A DNA stretch of 63,192 bases, counting the filler, from Anaerolineae bacterium (lineage in GTDB: Bacteria > Chloroflexota > Anaerolineae > Epilineales > Epilineaceae): the NCBI GenBank assembly GCA_029262755.1. It is 5 parts of 5 records of this genome, joined end to end, with 100 filler letters (N's around TTAATTAATTAA, not from the genome) between each part and the next. Parts side by side here need not be neighbours in the genome. Positions count along the whole stretch, not along the records: positions 1 to 26,543 come from JAJCYU010000223.1; positions 26,644 to 33,670 come from JAJCYU010000225.1; 3 more parts are not named here. One strand, written 5' to 3'. Shown here one piece after another: positions 20,734-30,610 of the stretch. The translations under genes were made by a program, and so were the position numbers. The notes beneath the pieces were generated by a model. The model searched no databases. It was given only the letters and a program-made list of their open reading frames with translations, and was not told where the DNA came from. How positions within the stretch are numbered: position 1 is the first letter of the stretch; the number at the start of each line of letters is the position of its first letter.

Positions 20734-21230
20734 GGTCAAGAGCCTCCTGAGGAACCGGTCTCGATGGAATCGGGCACCCGCCGGGTCGATAGTATAGATC
20801 CGCCTCTGGAAGGCCCGTCGACGGGTCGGCCAGCGTCCGCTGCCGGACGTGGGACTCAAGGCAAGTGTCGACGTCCAGGCGGGGGATCGGGCGTGCGCGG
20901 GCTGCACGGCGTGCTCCTGCCATGCTCGCTCGCGCTGCGCTTTCGACACCGCGCCGCGGCTCCGACCGGCCATCGTGATCCCGCAGGGCGTCGACGACCC
21001 GCCCGACGTCACGCGGGAGGCGCTGCTCGACCTCGTCCCCAAGCCCTACGTCGTTTGGGAGAAAGCCGGGCTAAGCGAGGCAAGCGAGCCGGACGTAGAG
21101 GGCCGTTACGCCGAAGTGCGCCTGTCACGGATGCGGTAGGTTGAGGGCTGCGCGAATGTCGCGCGCTGCTGCGAGCGGCTATCGTCCCACCGGGCGCTCG
21201 GCGCCCACAAGCGCGAAGGAGCGATGGCAC

Positions 21231-22610
21231 ATGGCGGGCGCGGGGGATGGCTTTCTCTCACGACGGCGCTTCCTAATCTTGGGCGGCCTGGTCGCAACCG
21301 GGTCCGCCGGCGCCGCCCTTGCGCGGCGGCCGCTCCGCCCGACGGCCCGCCGTGCGGACGACGAGCTGGACGCGTTCATCGCGGACCGGATGCGCGCGGC
21401 GCACCTTCCCGGCTTGGCCGTCGCCCTCACCGGCCCTGGAGGCGTCCTCTGGACCGGAAGCTACGGCTGGGCGGATGTCGAGGACGCCATTCCCGTCACG
21501 CCCGACACACGCTTCCTCCTGGCCTCCGTTTCGAAGACCGTCACAGCCGTGGCGCTCATGCAGATCCACGAGGATCACGGCATCGACCTCGACAGTGACG
21601 TGGAGGCCCACCTGCCCTTTGCCCTGCGGCACCCACGGGATTCCGACACGCCGATCACCTTCCGGATGCTGCTCACCCACACCGCGGGGATCCGCGACAA
21701 CTGGGACGTGCTCGAGCCGCTCGTCGTGGACGGCGACTCGCCCATCCCGCTCGCGGACTTCTGCGCCGGCTACCTCACGCCGAGCGGCGACTGGCACGCG
21801 GCCGGTAACTTCGGGCGTGCCCGACCGGGCGCTGCATACGACTACAGCAACGTCGGCACCGCCCTGCTCGGATACCTCGTGGAGCGCATCGCCGGGCTGC
21901 CCTTCGACACCTTCTGCCGACGGCGGATCTTCGAGCCCCTCGGCATGCCGGGCGCTTCCTGGCGCCTGGCCGGCCAGGACCTCACAACGCTGGCCGTGCC
22001 GTACAGCCGCGAGCGCGGGCGGTCCGTGCGCCACGCACACTACGGCTTCCCCGACTACCCCAACGGCTCGCTGCGTGCCGGCGCCGCCGAGCTGGCCCGC
22101 TTCCTTGCCGCCTTCACCCGCTTTGGAGAGCTCGACGACGCCCGGATCCTGCGGTCAGAGACGGTTGCCGAGATGCGGCGCGAGCAGATCCCGCTCCTCG
22201 AGCCGGGGCAGGGCCTGATCTGGTACCGCACCGGCCGCGGCGAGGATGCGCTGCTTGGCCACGACGGAGGCGAGCTGGGGGCGCGCACCGCGATGTTCTT
22301 CCGGCCGGCCGACGGGCTCGGCGTCGTCCTGCTTGCCAACGGCGGCGCGGAGGAAGACGCCGAGGAGCAAGCCTTCCAGGAGCTACTCGACCGCTTCTTC
22401 GTCGAGGCGGAGCGGCGCGCCGCCCCTGGCCCGACCGCCGCCGCGAGTCCCACCGACGTCGTGAGCCCGACCGGCACCGCAAGCCCGACCGCCGCCGCAA
22501 GCCCGATCGCGACCGTCCTTCCCGTCGGTTCCGCTACCGCGACCCTCGTGGCGACGCCGCCGCCGGCGTTCCTGCCGCTCACGGTAGGCGCTGCGGAGGA
22601 AACGCCATGA
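21231..22610 (+). CDS. Tat-exported serine hydrolase (beta-lactamase family)
   Basis: SRRRFL Tat motif; SVSK, LLTHTAG, YSN and GHDGG motifs; PT/A linker followed by AFLPLTV. Confidence 0.9.
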   Translation: MAGAGDGFLSRRRFLILGGLVATGSAGAALARRPLRPTARRADDELDAFIADRMRAAHLPGLAVALTGPGGVLWTGSYGWADVEDAIPVTPDTRFLLASVSKTVTAVALMQIHEDHGIDLDSDVEAHLPFALRHPRDSDTPITFRMLLTHTAGIRDNWDVLEPLVVDGDSPIPLADFCAGYLTPSGDWHAAGNFGRARPGAAYDYSNVGTALLGYLVERIAGLPFDTFCRRRIFEPLGMPGASWRLAGQDLTTLAVPYSRERGRSVRHAHYGFPDYPNGSLRAGAAELARFLAAFTRFGELDDARILRSETVAEMRREQIPLLEPGQGLIWYRTGRGEDALLGHDGGELGARTAMFFRPADGLGVVLLANGGAEEDAEEQAFQELLDRFFVEAERRAAPGPTAAASPTDVVSPTGTASPTAAASPIATVLPVGSATATLVATPPPAFLPLTVGAAEETP

Positions 22611-23221
22611 ATGAACCCGAGTGGGAGTCCCGCTGGCGGGCCGGCAACACCCCGTGGGACACCGGCGCCCCCGCGCCAACGCTCTCGACGCTCCTCGCGG
22701 CCGACGACGTACCCGCGGGCCGGGTGCTCGTGCCGGGTTGCGGCGCGGGCCACGACGTGCTCGCCTTCGCCCAAGCCGGCAGGACGGCGCTGGGACTGGA
22801 GGTGGCGGCGTCGGCGATCGAGCGCTTCCGGAGCCTGCGCGAGGTCGCCGGACTCTCCGAAGACGCCGCGTACGTACGGCTTGCGGACTACTTCTCCTTC
22901 GAGCCGGCTCAACCCTTCGACGTCATCTGGGACTACACGTTCCTGTGCGCGATCGATCCGCAGCAGCGCGCCGCGTGGGCCCAGCGAGCGTCCGAGCTGC
23001 TCCGCCCGGGGGGCGAGTTGATCACGCTCATCTTCCCCGTCATCGAGCCGCCCGGCACGCTAGGCCCTGGCCCACACGAAGGCCCGCCGTATCCGCTGGA
23101 CCCCTACGCCGTGCGCGAGCTGGTCGCACCCTGGTTCGCGGAGCGGTCGCTCGAACCCGCGACACACAGCCACCCGAAGCGAGCGGGGCGCGAGTGGGTC
23201 GGGCGGTGGGAGCGGCGGTGA
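22607..23221 (+). CDS. thiopurine/thiol S-methyltransferase (TPMT-like)
   Basis: WESRW...TPWD, RVLVPGCGAGHD, DYTFLCAI, GPPY; ATGA overlap with the upstream gene. Confidence 0.9.
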   Translation: MNEPEWESRWRAGNTPWDTGAPAPTLSTLLAADDVPAGRVLVPGCGAGHDVLAFAQAGRTALGLEVAASAIERFRSLREVAGLSEDAAYVRLADYFSFEPAQPFDVIWDYTFLCAIDPQQRAAWAQRASELLRPGGELITLIFPVIEPPGTLGPGPHEGPPYPLDPYAVRELVAPWFAERSLEPATHSHPKRAGREWVGRWERR

Positions 23222-23282
23222 GGGTCACGGTTATGATGTCCCCCCCGCCGCGGGCACCCTACCTCCCAAATCCTTCGCGGAG

Positions 23283-25385
23283 ATGACGATGCGCCCTGTG
23301 CGCCGCACGAGCGGTAAGCGGACGTCCGCAGCCCTATTCGCGCCTCTTGCCACGTTGCTTCTGCTCGCCTCGTTGGTCGCTGCAAGCCGTCCAGGACGAG
23401 CGCAGCCACGACCTGTCCCAGGTCAAACGCTTTGGGGTGAGTATGGGCACGTCGAGTACGTCGTCGGCAACCTGCCGTTGGTGATCTCCGTGCCCCACGG
23501 AGGGCGCATCGAGCCGCTCGACGTGCCCGACCGCGCCACCGGCACGATGGTCACGGACGGCTACACGGTGGAGCTAGCTCGCGCGATCTCCGACGCTCTC
23601 GCTGCGCGCACCGGCCGCCGGCCGCATCTGATCATCTGCCACCTGCGGCGCACGAAGCTGGACTGCAATCGCACGATCCAAGAGGCGGCCCAGGGAGATC
23701 CTGTCGCAGAGCGTGCATGGCGCGATTTCCACGCGTTCATCGACATGGCCAAGGCCGCGATCGTCGCCGAACAGGGTGAGGGCCATGCGATCGACCTCCA
23801 CGCTCATGGGCACGAACTTCAGGCCACGGAACTGGGCTACCTACTTCGCGCCGCGGAGCTCGAGCAGGCCGACCCCGTGCTGGACGCGGACCCTTCCTAC
23901 GCAGCGCGGAGCAGCATCCGCGGTTTGGCGGAGCGCAGTGGGGCTTCCTTCAGCGCCCTGCTGCGCGGACCGGAGAGCCTGGGCGGTCTGCTTCAGGATC
24001 GGGGCTTCGCTGCTGTACCCAGCCCCCGCTTTCCCGACCCGGGTGGCCGTGACTACTTCGACGGCGGTGCCAACACCGTCCGCCATGGTTCGCGATCCGG
24101 CGGAGCGATCGATGCCACGCAGTTCGAGACACCGGGCGACGTGCGCGCTTCCACGGCCACGCGCGCGGCCTACGCCGCAGCGTTGGCCGAGGTACTGCCC
24201 GAGTACGTTTCCCGTTGGCGAGACATCGACCTGCTGGCCACGCCTCCGCTGGAGATCGATGCCGCGGATGCCTTCGCCGTCGAGGAGGGCACGATCGGTG
24301 TCGGGATCATCCGCGTGCTGCGGCATGGGGACGCGTCCGAAGCCCTCACCGTGCCGCTGGTCGCGGAAGGCCCCGCTCGGGCAGACGTCGACTATCTGCT
24401 CGACCCACCGGGCGACGTAGTGCGAATACCGGCCGGCGCATCGTTCGTGAATCTGAGCGTCTCCGCCATCGACAATGACCAGCCGGAGGAGCCGAAGACG
24501 GTCACGTTTCGCCTGGCGGCGGGGGACGAGGTGGCTGGGGACAACAACGCCACGATCCTCCTCGCCGACGATGACCAGATCCGCGACCTCAAGCACGGTC
24601 TCGTCGCACACTGGCCCATGGACGGCAGCGGCGAGGTCATCGCGGATGCAACCGGCAACGGTCGTGGAGGCCGTCTGGGCCCGGACCCATCCAGCGGTCC
24701 TCAACGAGCTCGTGGTTGGAAGGGCGGGGGGCTGGTCTTCGACGGCCGCGACGATCACGTGCGCATTCCAGGCTTCGCCTACGCGCCGGAGGGCGGCTTT
24801 ACGATCAGCCTGTGGCTGAAGGCCGCTCGGGCGTCGGGCGCAGGCGTCCGATACCTGTTCAGCCACGGCGCCTCGGGAGCGCCGGTTCGGCTGTGGCTCT
24901 ACCTCCTTGCGAACGGCGGCACCTCTCGCGTCCTTCTGACCGATATCGATCGCCCACACGCCTACTATCTCGACGCCCCTTCCGACCTGATGGATGACAC
25001 CTGGCATCACGTTGCCCTCAGCGCCGTGCCCGGCCGGTTGGCGCGACTCTACGTAGACGGCGAAGCGTGGGGACGGACGCCGGTAGGCGCGGCCCCCTAC
25101 GATCCGGAGGGAGACCTATTCATCGGAGGCCGGAGCGATCTGGACGGCACGCGGTTCTTCCAGGGCACGCTGGACGACGTGCGGCTCTATGAGCGGGCCT
25201 TGAGCGAACCGGAGGTGCGTGGGCTCCGAGGGATCGCGGCGGATGAGCGGTCCACGCCGCAGACCGGGACCGCGACGGCCACGGCATCCGCGACACCGTC
25301 CGCAACGCCCGCGGCAGGCGCGAGTGCCACGGCCGTGGGAGCGCGGCGGGAACGCATCTTCATGCCCGCCACAGCAAGGGACTGA
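23283..25385 (+). CDS. secreted N-formylglutamate-amidohydrolase-like + Calx-beta-like + LamG domain protein
   Basis: Signal peptide; ISVPHGG, KLDCNR, IDLHAHGH; IPAGASFVNLSVSAIDNDQPEEPKTV; LVAHWPMDG...WHHVA...LYVDG...GTLDDVRLYERALS; tail IFMPATARD. Confidence 0.8.
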   Translation: MTMRPVRRTSGKRTSAALFAPLATLLLLASLVAASRPGRAQPRPVPGQTLWGEYGHVEYVVGNLPLVISVPHGGRIEPLDVPDRATGTMVTDGYTVELARAISDALAARTGRRPHLIICHLRRTKLDCNRTIQEAAQGDPVAERAWRDFHAFIDMAKAAIVAEQGEGHAIDLHAHGHELQATELGYLLRAAELEQADPVLDADPSYAARSSIRGLAERSGASFSALLRGPESLGGLLQDRGFAAVPSPRFPDPGGRDYFDGGANTVRHGSRSGGAIDATQFETPGDVRASTATRAAYAAALAEVLPEYVSRWRDIDLLATPPLEIDAADAFAVEEGTIGVGIIRVLRHGDASEALTVPLVAEGPARADVDYLLDPPGDVVRIPAGASFVNLSVSAIDNDQPEEPKTVTFRLAAGDEVAGDNNATILLADDDQIRDLKHGLVAHWPMDGSGEVIADATGNGRGGRLGPDPSSGPQRARGWKGGGLVFDGRDDHVRIPGFAYAPEGGFTISLWLKAARASGAGVRYLFSHGASGAPVRLWLYLLANGGTSRVLLTDIDRPHAYYLDAPSDLMDDTWHHVALSAVPGRLARLYVDGEAWGRTPVGAAPYDPEGDLFIGGRSDLDGTRFFQGTLDDVRLYERALSEPEVRGLRGIAADERSTPQTGTATATASATPSATPAAGASATAVGARRERIFMPATARD

Positions 25386-25596
25386 CGCGGACTGTTGGGC
25401 TTCGCGTCTGTGACGGCCCGGTAGGACTCAATCCTGCGCGGAGGACATGAACATCGGAACCGTGGCTGGGACTGTCTAACAGACCTGAGGGATTGTTCGA
25501 GTACGGCTTCCACTTCGGGTCCGCCGGGGGTTGTAGAGCGGGCGATGAACCGAGGGGCGGCCACCGGCGTCGCGGTCACCGGAGCAAGTAGCGCCC

Positions 25597-25980
25597 CTAT
25601 CCGCGGCGCTCCTGCATCTGGTACGCGCTTCCGTCGGGAGCCCGAACGTAGACCCAGCGCCACGGATCGCTCTCGATCGGCCCCGCGACGACCTCGCCAC
25701 CATGCAACGTGACGTTCTTTAGCGCTTCGTCGAGGTCGTCCACCGTGAAGGAGACGATCGGGCCGGGGAAGCGCCCGAGCGACGCGGCAGTCGACTCGAG
25801 GATCTCAAACTCGACGCCCTCGCCCACGCTGCACTTCGCGTATCGAGCGAACTGCGTGTCCACGGTGGCGGTGCCTTGATCCGTGAACTCCAATCCCAGC
25901 GTGTCGCGGAAGAAGGCAAGGGTTTCGTCGAAACGCTCCGTACAGGTTGCCACCCACGTGATTCCTTCCGTGATCGTCAT
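25597..25980 (-). CDS. VOC/glyoxalase family protein
   Basis: RBS AAGGAG; FFRDTLGL, FTVDDLDEA, YVRAPDG. Confidence 0.85.
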   Translation of the reverse strand: MTITEGITWVATCTERFDETLAFFRDTLGLEFTDQGTATVDTQFARYAKCSVGEGVEFEILESTAASLGRFPGPIVSFTVDDLDEALKNVTLHGGEVVAGPIESDPWRWVYVRAPDGSAYQMQERRG

Positions 25981-26329
25981 GCTTCTCTCCTTGTCCTCGG
26001 CCGCAAGGGCGATCGCCAGGCCCGATGCCGGATCCCAACCCTGAGGCTTCGGCCAACTGTGGAACTCCTGAACCCCGGTCGTGCTAAACCTACGACTCGC
26101 GGTTGGTTTGGCCAGGTCGTCGTCCTTCGCATCCGCCCTGCTTCCCAAGCCAGAGTGGGCGTAGCCGTTGACGGCGCGGGGGTCATGGGCGGGAGGATGC
26201 CAGCGTGCGCCGTGCCGCGCTACGCAGTCCCGCATGGATGCAAGCCGGCAGCCACTTGAACGTGAAGGCTCTTCCTGGTTGCGACCCTGCAAGTTGTAGT
26301 GCTGCAACTGGAAAGGCTGCACTTCGGAC

Positions 26330-26543
26330 ATGGTCGACAAACCGGCATCGATCCTCGATCGAGACCCCGAGTGGGCGACGCTCGTGCGGCGTTGGGAGAG
26401 CCCGCGCGCGGAGCTCGTCTTTGTCGTGGGGCGACGCCGAGTAGGCAAGAGCCACCTCCTGGCGCCCTTCGCGCGACGTGTGGGCGGGATGTACGTCCAG
26501 GCCACGCGCCGCACCGAGGCCGAGCAGCTCGCCGCGCTCAGTC
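26330..26543 (+). CDS. AAA ATPase (archaeal-ATPase-like), N-terminal fragment at contig end
   Basis: LDRDPEW...VVGRRRVGKSHLL Walker A. Confidence 0.75.
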
Positions 26544-26643
26544 NNNNNNNNNNNNNNNNNNNNNNNNNNNNNNNNNNNNNNNNNNNNTTAATTAATTAAN
26601 NNNNNNNNNNNNNNNNNNNNNNNNNNNNNNNNNNNNNNNNNNN
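26544..26643. other. artificial contig linker
   Basis: N-run + TTAATTAATTAA (stops in all six frames) + N-run. Confidence 0.98.
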
Positions 26644-28896
26644 GTGCTGCGCGCGTTTGCTGCGCGGGACGGCCTCGAGCCGACCGACGTGGACACGCAG
26701 ACCTACCTCTTCCTCGAGTCGGTCTTGCGACAACCGGCAGAACTCGGGGCCGGCTGGCCGACCTACCCGTTTGACGGAGCGGGCGGTCCCAGCGTGCACG
26801 ACTACGCGATGGACCCACGCGTCGTGGACGATCCGAGCTACACGGACGATCTTCGTGCCGGTCTACGCGAGATCCCCAGCCTTTCGATCGTCATGCCGCC
26901 GGAAGAATTTTGGGCGATGTACCGGTCGACGGACGTCGAGCATGACGCATCGATCGAGTTGCTCTTCGAATCCACGGAAGGCGGCAGCGCGAGCGAGCCG
27001 AGCGCCGGTCTCTTCGAGCAGATCGACGGGGCCGTTGAGGCGCATAGTCACGACCGCACGAAGCGCTCGCTGCGGGTCGCGTTTCGGCCGGATCGCGATG
27101 GGGCGTGGCGCACGCAGCTGCTGCGAACCGCGCCCGCCACGGGTGCCTCGGCGCCCGACGAGGTCGCGCGCTTGGTGCTGCGCGGGGGCAACAACCGGAG
27201 TTGGGCGCGCAGCTGGAACCCCGGCGGCACGGCCTACACGGTGGATTCCTGGTATCGGGCCACGCAACAGGCTCTGAGCGGATACGGTGCGCACGGGACC
27301 TTCGTGCACCTGTACATCAACGGCATCTACTGGGGCCTCTACAATCCGGTCGAGCGCCCGGATCGGCACTTCGCCGCGCGCGTCTTCGGCGGCGACGACG
27401 ACGAGTGGTCTGCCGTCAGCCATGGCGGGTCGATGGGCGGAAGTACGGCGCGGTGGGACGAGCTGCTCGCGCTCGTGGGCGGATCCGTGAACGATGAGGC
27501 GACCTGGAATGAATTGCAGACGCGGCTCGACGTGGATGCGTTCGCGGACTCCGTGCTGCTGGCCTTCTACATCGGCATCCGCGACTGGCCGGGCAACAAC
27601 TGGTGGGCGGTCGGGCGCACGGTGCCGCCGGGCCCCTTCCGTTTCGTAGCCTGGGACGGTGAGTGGTCCTTCGGCAACGGCTTCGGCTCGCCGGATCGGC
27701 CGACGGTCCATCCGGACTTCGAGACCAACGACGAGCTGGGGGGCGCGGACCGGCCGCCGATCGAGCGCGTGTTCCTCGCGGCCATGGCATATCCCGCGAT
27801 GCGCATGCGCTTCGCGGATCGCGCCGAACGCGCGCTGAGCGACGGCGGCGCGCTCTCGGATGCGCGGGCACGCGAGCGGTGGGCGATCCTCAACGAGGGC
27901 ATCCGCAACGCGGTCGTGGCGGAGTCGGCGCGTTGGGGCGATGCGCTGCGTGACGGGCCGCTACGCACACGAGACACCGATTGGCAGCGCGAGGTGAAGC
28001 ACATCGATGACTACATGCACGGGGCAGCCGAAGCGATGCGCAACGACCTTGTGCGACATGGCTACTACCCGAGCGTGGACGGTGAGCGCCCGTTCCGTGC
28101 GCCGGTGCTGGAGCTAGACGGCTTGCAGGTGGTCGGCGACCGGGTCGCGGTGACCATTGGGGGCGGCCTGCGGCTGGTCGCACCGGAAGGCAGTCCGACG
28201 ACGGGCGGTCCGACGACACGAATTCTGTACGCGCTGGACGGAGACCCTTTCGGGGAACGTGGGACCATTCGCGAAGACGCGCGCGAGGCCGAGGACGGCC
28301 GCCTGCCCCCTCCCGCGCGAACGACGCGCCTCGTCGCGCGGCAATGGCTCAGCCTGCCGGATGGCCGGCCGCTCTGGAGCCCTCCCCTGGAGCGCTTGCT
28401 CGTCGTGCCGCAAGACCGCGGCGCGCTGCGCATCAGCGAGATCCACTACCACCCGCCCGACGGTGCGGAGTTGGAGTTTCTCGAGTTGCACAATGCAGGC
28501 ACGGATGTGATCGATCTGGGCGCGCTGGCATTCGTCGCGGGCGTCGAGTTCGTATTCCCGGTCGGCGCCGTGTTGGCAGCGGGGGCGTACCAGGTCGTCG
28601 CGGCCGATCCGACTGCGCTTGCTGCCGCTGGGGGGCCTTCGACGGCCTTGGCCTATTCGGGCCGGCTCAACAACGGCGGAGAGACGATCCGTCTCGTCGA
28701 CGGGCTGGGCGATCTGGTGCTGGAGATGACCTACGATGACGCACGGCCATGGCCGGAGTCAGCGGATGGCGAGGGCCGCTCGCTCGTGATCGCTGCGAGC
28801 GGGGATGCCGCTTCGTCCGGGTCCGATCCGGCGACGTGGACCGCATCCGCTTCCGAAGGTGGCTCACCGGGGGCGCGGGATCCTCGAACGCGGTAG
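26644..28896 (+). CDS. CotH kinase family + lamin-tail domain protein (5' truncated)
   Basis: KRSLRV, FVHLYINGIYWGLYNPVER, DWPGNNW, WDGEWSF; LTD LRISEIHYHP...EFLELHN...LNNGGE...SPG. Confidence 0.9.
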   Translation: MLRAFAARDGLEPTDVDTQTYLFLESVLRQPAELGAGWPTYPFDGAGGPSVHDYAMDPRVVDDPSYTDDLRAGLREIPSLSIVMPPEEFWAMYRSTDVEHDASIELLFESTEGGSASEPSAGLFEQIDGAVEAHSHDRTKRSLRVAFRPDRDGAWRTQLLRTAPATGASAPDEVARLVLRGGNNRSWARSWNPGGTAYTVDSWYRATQQALSGYGAHGTFVHLYINGIYWGLYNPVERPDRHFAARVFGGDDDEWSAVSHGGSMGGSTARWDELLALVGGSVNDEATWNELQTRLDVDAFADSVLLAFYIGIRDWPGNNWWAVGRTVPPGPFRFVAWDGEWSFGNGFGSPDRPTVHPDFETNDELGGADRPPIERVFLAAMAYPAMRMRFADRAERALSDGGALSDARARERWAILNEGIRNAVVAESARWGDALRDGPLRTRDTDWQREVKHIDDYMHGAAEAMRNDLVRHGYYPSVDGERPFRAPVLELDGLQVVGDRVAVTIGGGLRLVAPEGSPTTGGPTTRILYALDGDPFGERGTIREDAREAEDGRLPPPARTTRLVARQWLSLPDGRPLWSPPLERLLVVPQDRGALRISEIHYHPPDGAELEFLELHNAGTDVIDLGALAFVAGVEFVFPVGAVLAAGAYQVVAADPTALAAAGGPSTALAYSGRLNNGGETIRLVDGLGDLVLEMTYDDARPWPESADGEGRSLVIAASGDAASSGSDPATWTASASEGGSPGARDPRTR

Positions 28897-28980
28897 GTAG
28901 CACAGTCCATTTGCGGCACGTAGCACCGTAGGTTGCCGGTACCGAGGTCGGGTACTGGGGCGGTATTGGGTCGCGTCGAG

Positions 28981-30546
28981 CTACCGCAGGAGCGCTGCCG
29001 GCAGATAGATACGCCGTTCGCGCACCCCCGCTACGGGCGCCGCGTCCCAACAACGGCCCCAGCGCAGCAACGGGCCTTCGTAGCCCGTGCCCTGCGACCG
29101 AAGCGCGACAAGCCGACCCGTGTCGCCCTCGACGCGCCATCCGTCTACCTGCAGGCAGAGCCGCGAGCCGCCGTAATCCGTCACGTCCATGGTCACGAAC
29201 TGGCCGTCGCCGATGCTCTCGTCCTTGGCGTTCTCCCGGTTCGCTTGCCGCCCGTGACTAAACGGGCCAAGACCGGCCTTCGCCTTGCCGACCGCCGCGA
29301 GCGCGCCCGTCTGGATTGCGGGCACGGGTGCGCCGCCACCGGGCGCGAAGTCGGCGTTGCGGCCGTCGTCGATGGCCACCGTGTGCGCGTCGCCGGAGAC
29401 GACGACGACCGGCACGCCGATCTCGCGGATCAGGGCGGCGATGCGCGCACGCTCGTTCGTGAAGCCGCCCCAATGGTCCGCTTCGTCGATCTCGTCGGCT
29501 ACCCAAGGGACCGAGCTCGCCCACACAACGAGGCCGTGCTGCGGTGCGGCCGCGCGCAACTCCTGCTCGAACCATTCGCGTTGCTCGATGCCGAGCATGC
29601 TCTTGTTCTCGTTGTCCTGCCGATCGTTCGGATCGCGTTCGGAACGCAGGTCGGTAAGCAGGAAGCGCACGCGGCCTACGCTGAACGCTTGTGCGATGGC
29701 GACGTCACTCGAGCGCTCTTTGAGGGCGAGCGGATAGTGCGGCACCGTCTCCTGGTAGCTCAGCCTGGCCGCCCAACGGTGGTCGAATTTGCGATCGCCG
29801 TTGTTGATGCCGTAATCGTGATCGTCCCAGATGTGCGCCCATGGAACGGCGGCGAGCAGAGCGCCGAAGGTGGCAGACCGGCGCATGATGCGCCAGTGCT
29901 CGCGCGCTTCCTCGCGCGAGCCCTTGATCAAGGTGCGGTCGATCAGATCGCCCACGGTGAGGAAGAGTGCGGGATCCATGTCGCGGATTGCGCCGAAGAC
30001 GGCGTTGTCGACACCGCTGGGCGAGATGTCGGCCGACGCGACGACCGTGAAGGACGAGGGGCCGCTGGGAAACGTTCGCAATCGTCCGCGACGCGCCGTG
30101 TCGATCTTGTTGTCGGCCACGATGGCGAGGTGATAGCGGGTATTGGGGCTCAGGTTCGAAAGGCGCAGGGTCGTCAGGCCGTCGTTTGTGTCGTCATCCG
30201 AGGCTTCCGGCGCGCTGAGGATGGGATCGCGCAGATCGGCGTTTCGGCTTGCGACCACACGCACGACGCGGGCATCACCGCGCAGATCTACGCGCACCGT
30301 GGCTTCCGTCGGGCCGACCGCTCCGATCGCCATCCAGTTGACGAGCGCCTTCGGCTCGTAGTCCTCGAAGGGGCCACCCTGAGCGCGCGCTTCACCGGAT
30401 GCCGCGAGCAGAAGCAACAGGGGGAGAAGAACTATCCAGGCAATCGGATCCGCGCGCTTGGCACGCCGGAACGAGCGTCGAGCGCTCGACGACCGGTAGT
30501 AGGTCGGGCGCGGAATTCGCAGGCGTCGCGATGAACGAGGTCTCAT
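28981..30546 (-). CDS. secreted alkaline phosphatase D (PhoD-like)
   Basis: Signal peptide; GDLI, IWDDHDYG, LTDLRS, SMLGIEQREW, VSGDAH; C-terminus RIYLPAALLR. Confidence 0.88.
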   Translation of the reverse strand: MRPRSSRRLRIPRPTYYRSSSARRSFRRAKRADPIAWIVLLPLLLLLAASGEARAQGGPFEDYEPKALVNWMAIGAVGPTEATVRVDLRGDARVVRVVASRNADLRDPILSAPEASDDDTNDGLTTLRLSNLSPNTRYHLAIVADNKIDTARRGRLRTFPSGPSSFTVVASADISPSGVDNAVFGAIRDMDPALFLTVGDLIDRTLIKGSREEAREHWRIMRRSATFGALLAAVPWAHIWDDHDYGINNGDRKFDHRWAARLSYQETVPHYPLALKERSSDVAIAQAFSVGRVRFLLTDLRSERDPNDRQDNENKSMLGIEQREWFEQELRAAAPQHGLVVWASSVPWVADEIDEADHWGGFTNERARIAALIREIGVPVVVVSGDAHTVAIDDGRNADFAPGGGAPVPAIQTGALAAVGKAKAGLGPFSHGRQANRENAKDESIGDGQFVTMDVTDYGGSRLCLQVDGWRVEGDTGRLVALRSQGTGYEGPLLRWGRCWDAAPVAGVRERRIYLPAALLR

Positions 30547-30610
30547 GGCCATCATGCTAGGCCCGACGCAGGCAAACGGGAAGCAACGGGGCCTCTGCTA
30601 TCATCGCGCC

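Noticed and set aside
20849..21139. 96-aa ORF between ppa and the beta-lactamase gene
   Set aside because: No RBS or recognisable motif; may be a gene remnant but cannot be supported.
26544..26643. TTAATTAATTAA palindrome flanked by Ns (four copies in the window)
   Set aside because: Standard six-frame-stop scaffolding linker, not biological. Gene adjacency across it is meaningless.
28933..30534. Long antisense/alternate-frame ORFs (e.g. 533 aa opposite PhoD, 476 aa at 12586-14016, 502 aa at 2635-4143)
   Set aside because: Expected in high-GC DNA; they have no motifs and overlap well-supported genes.
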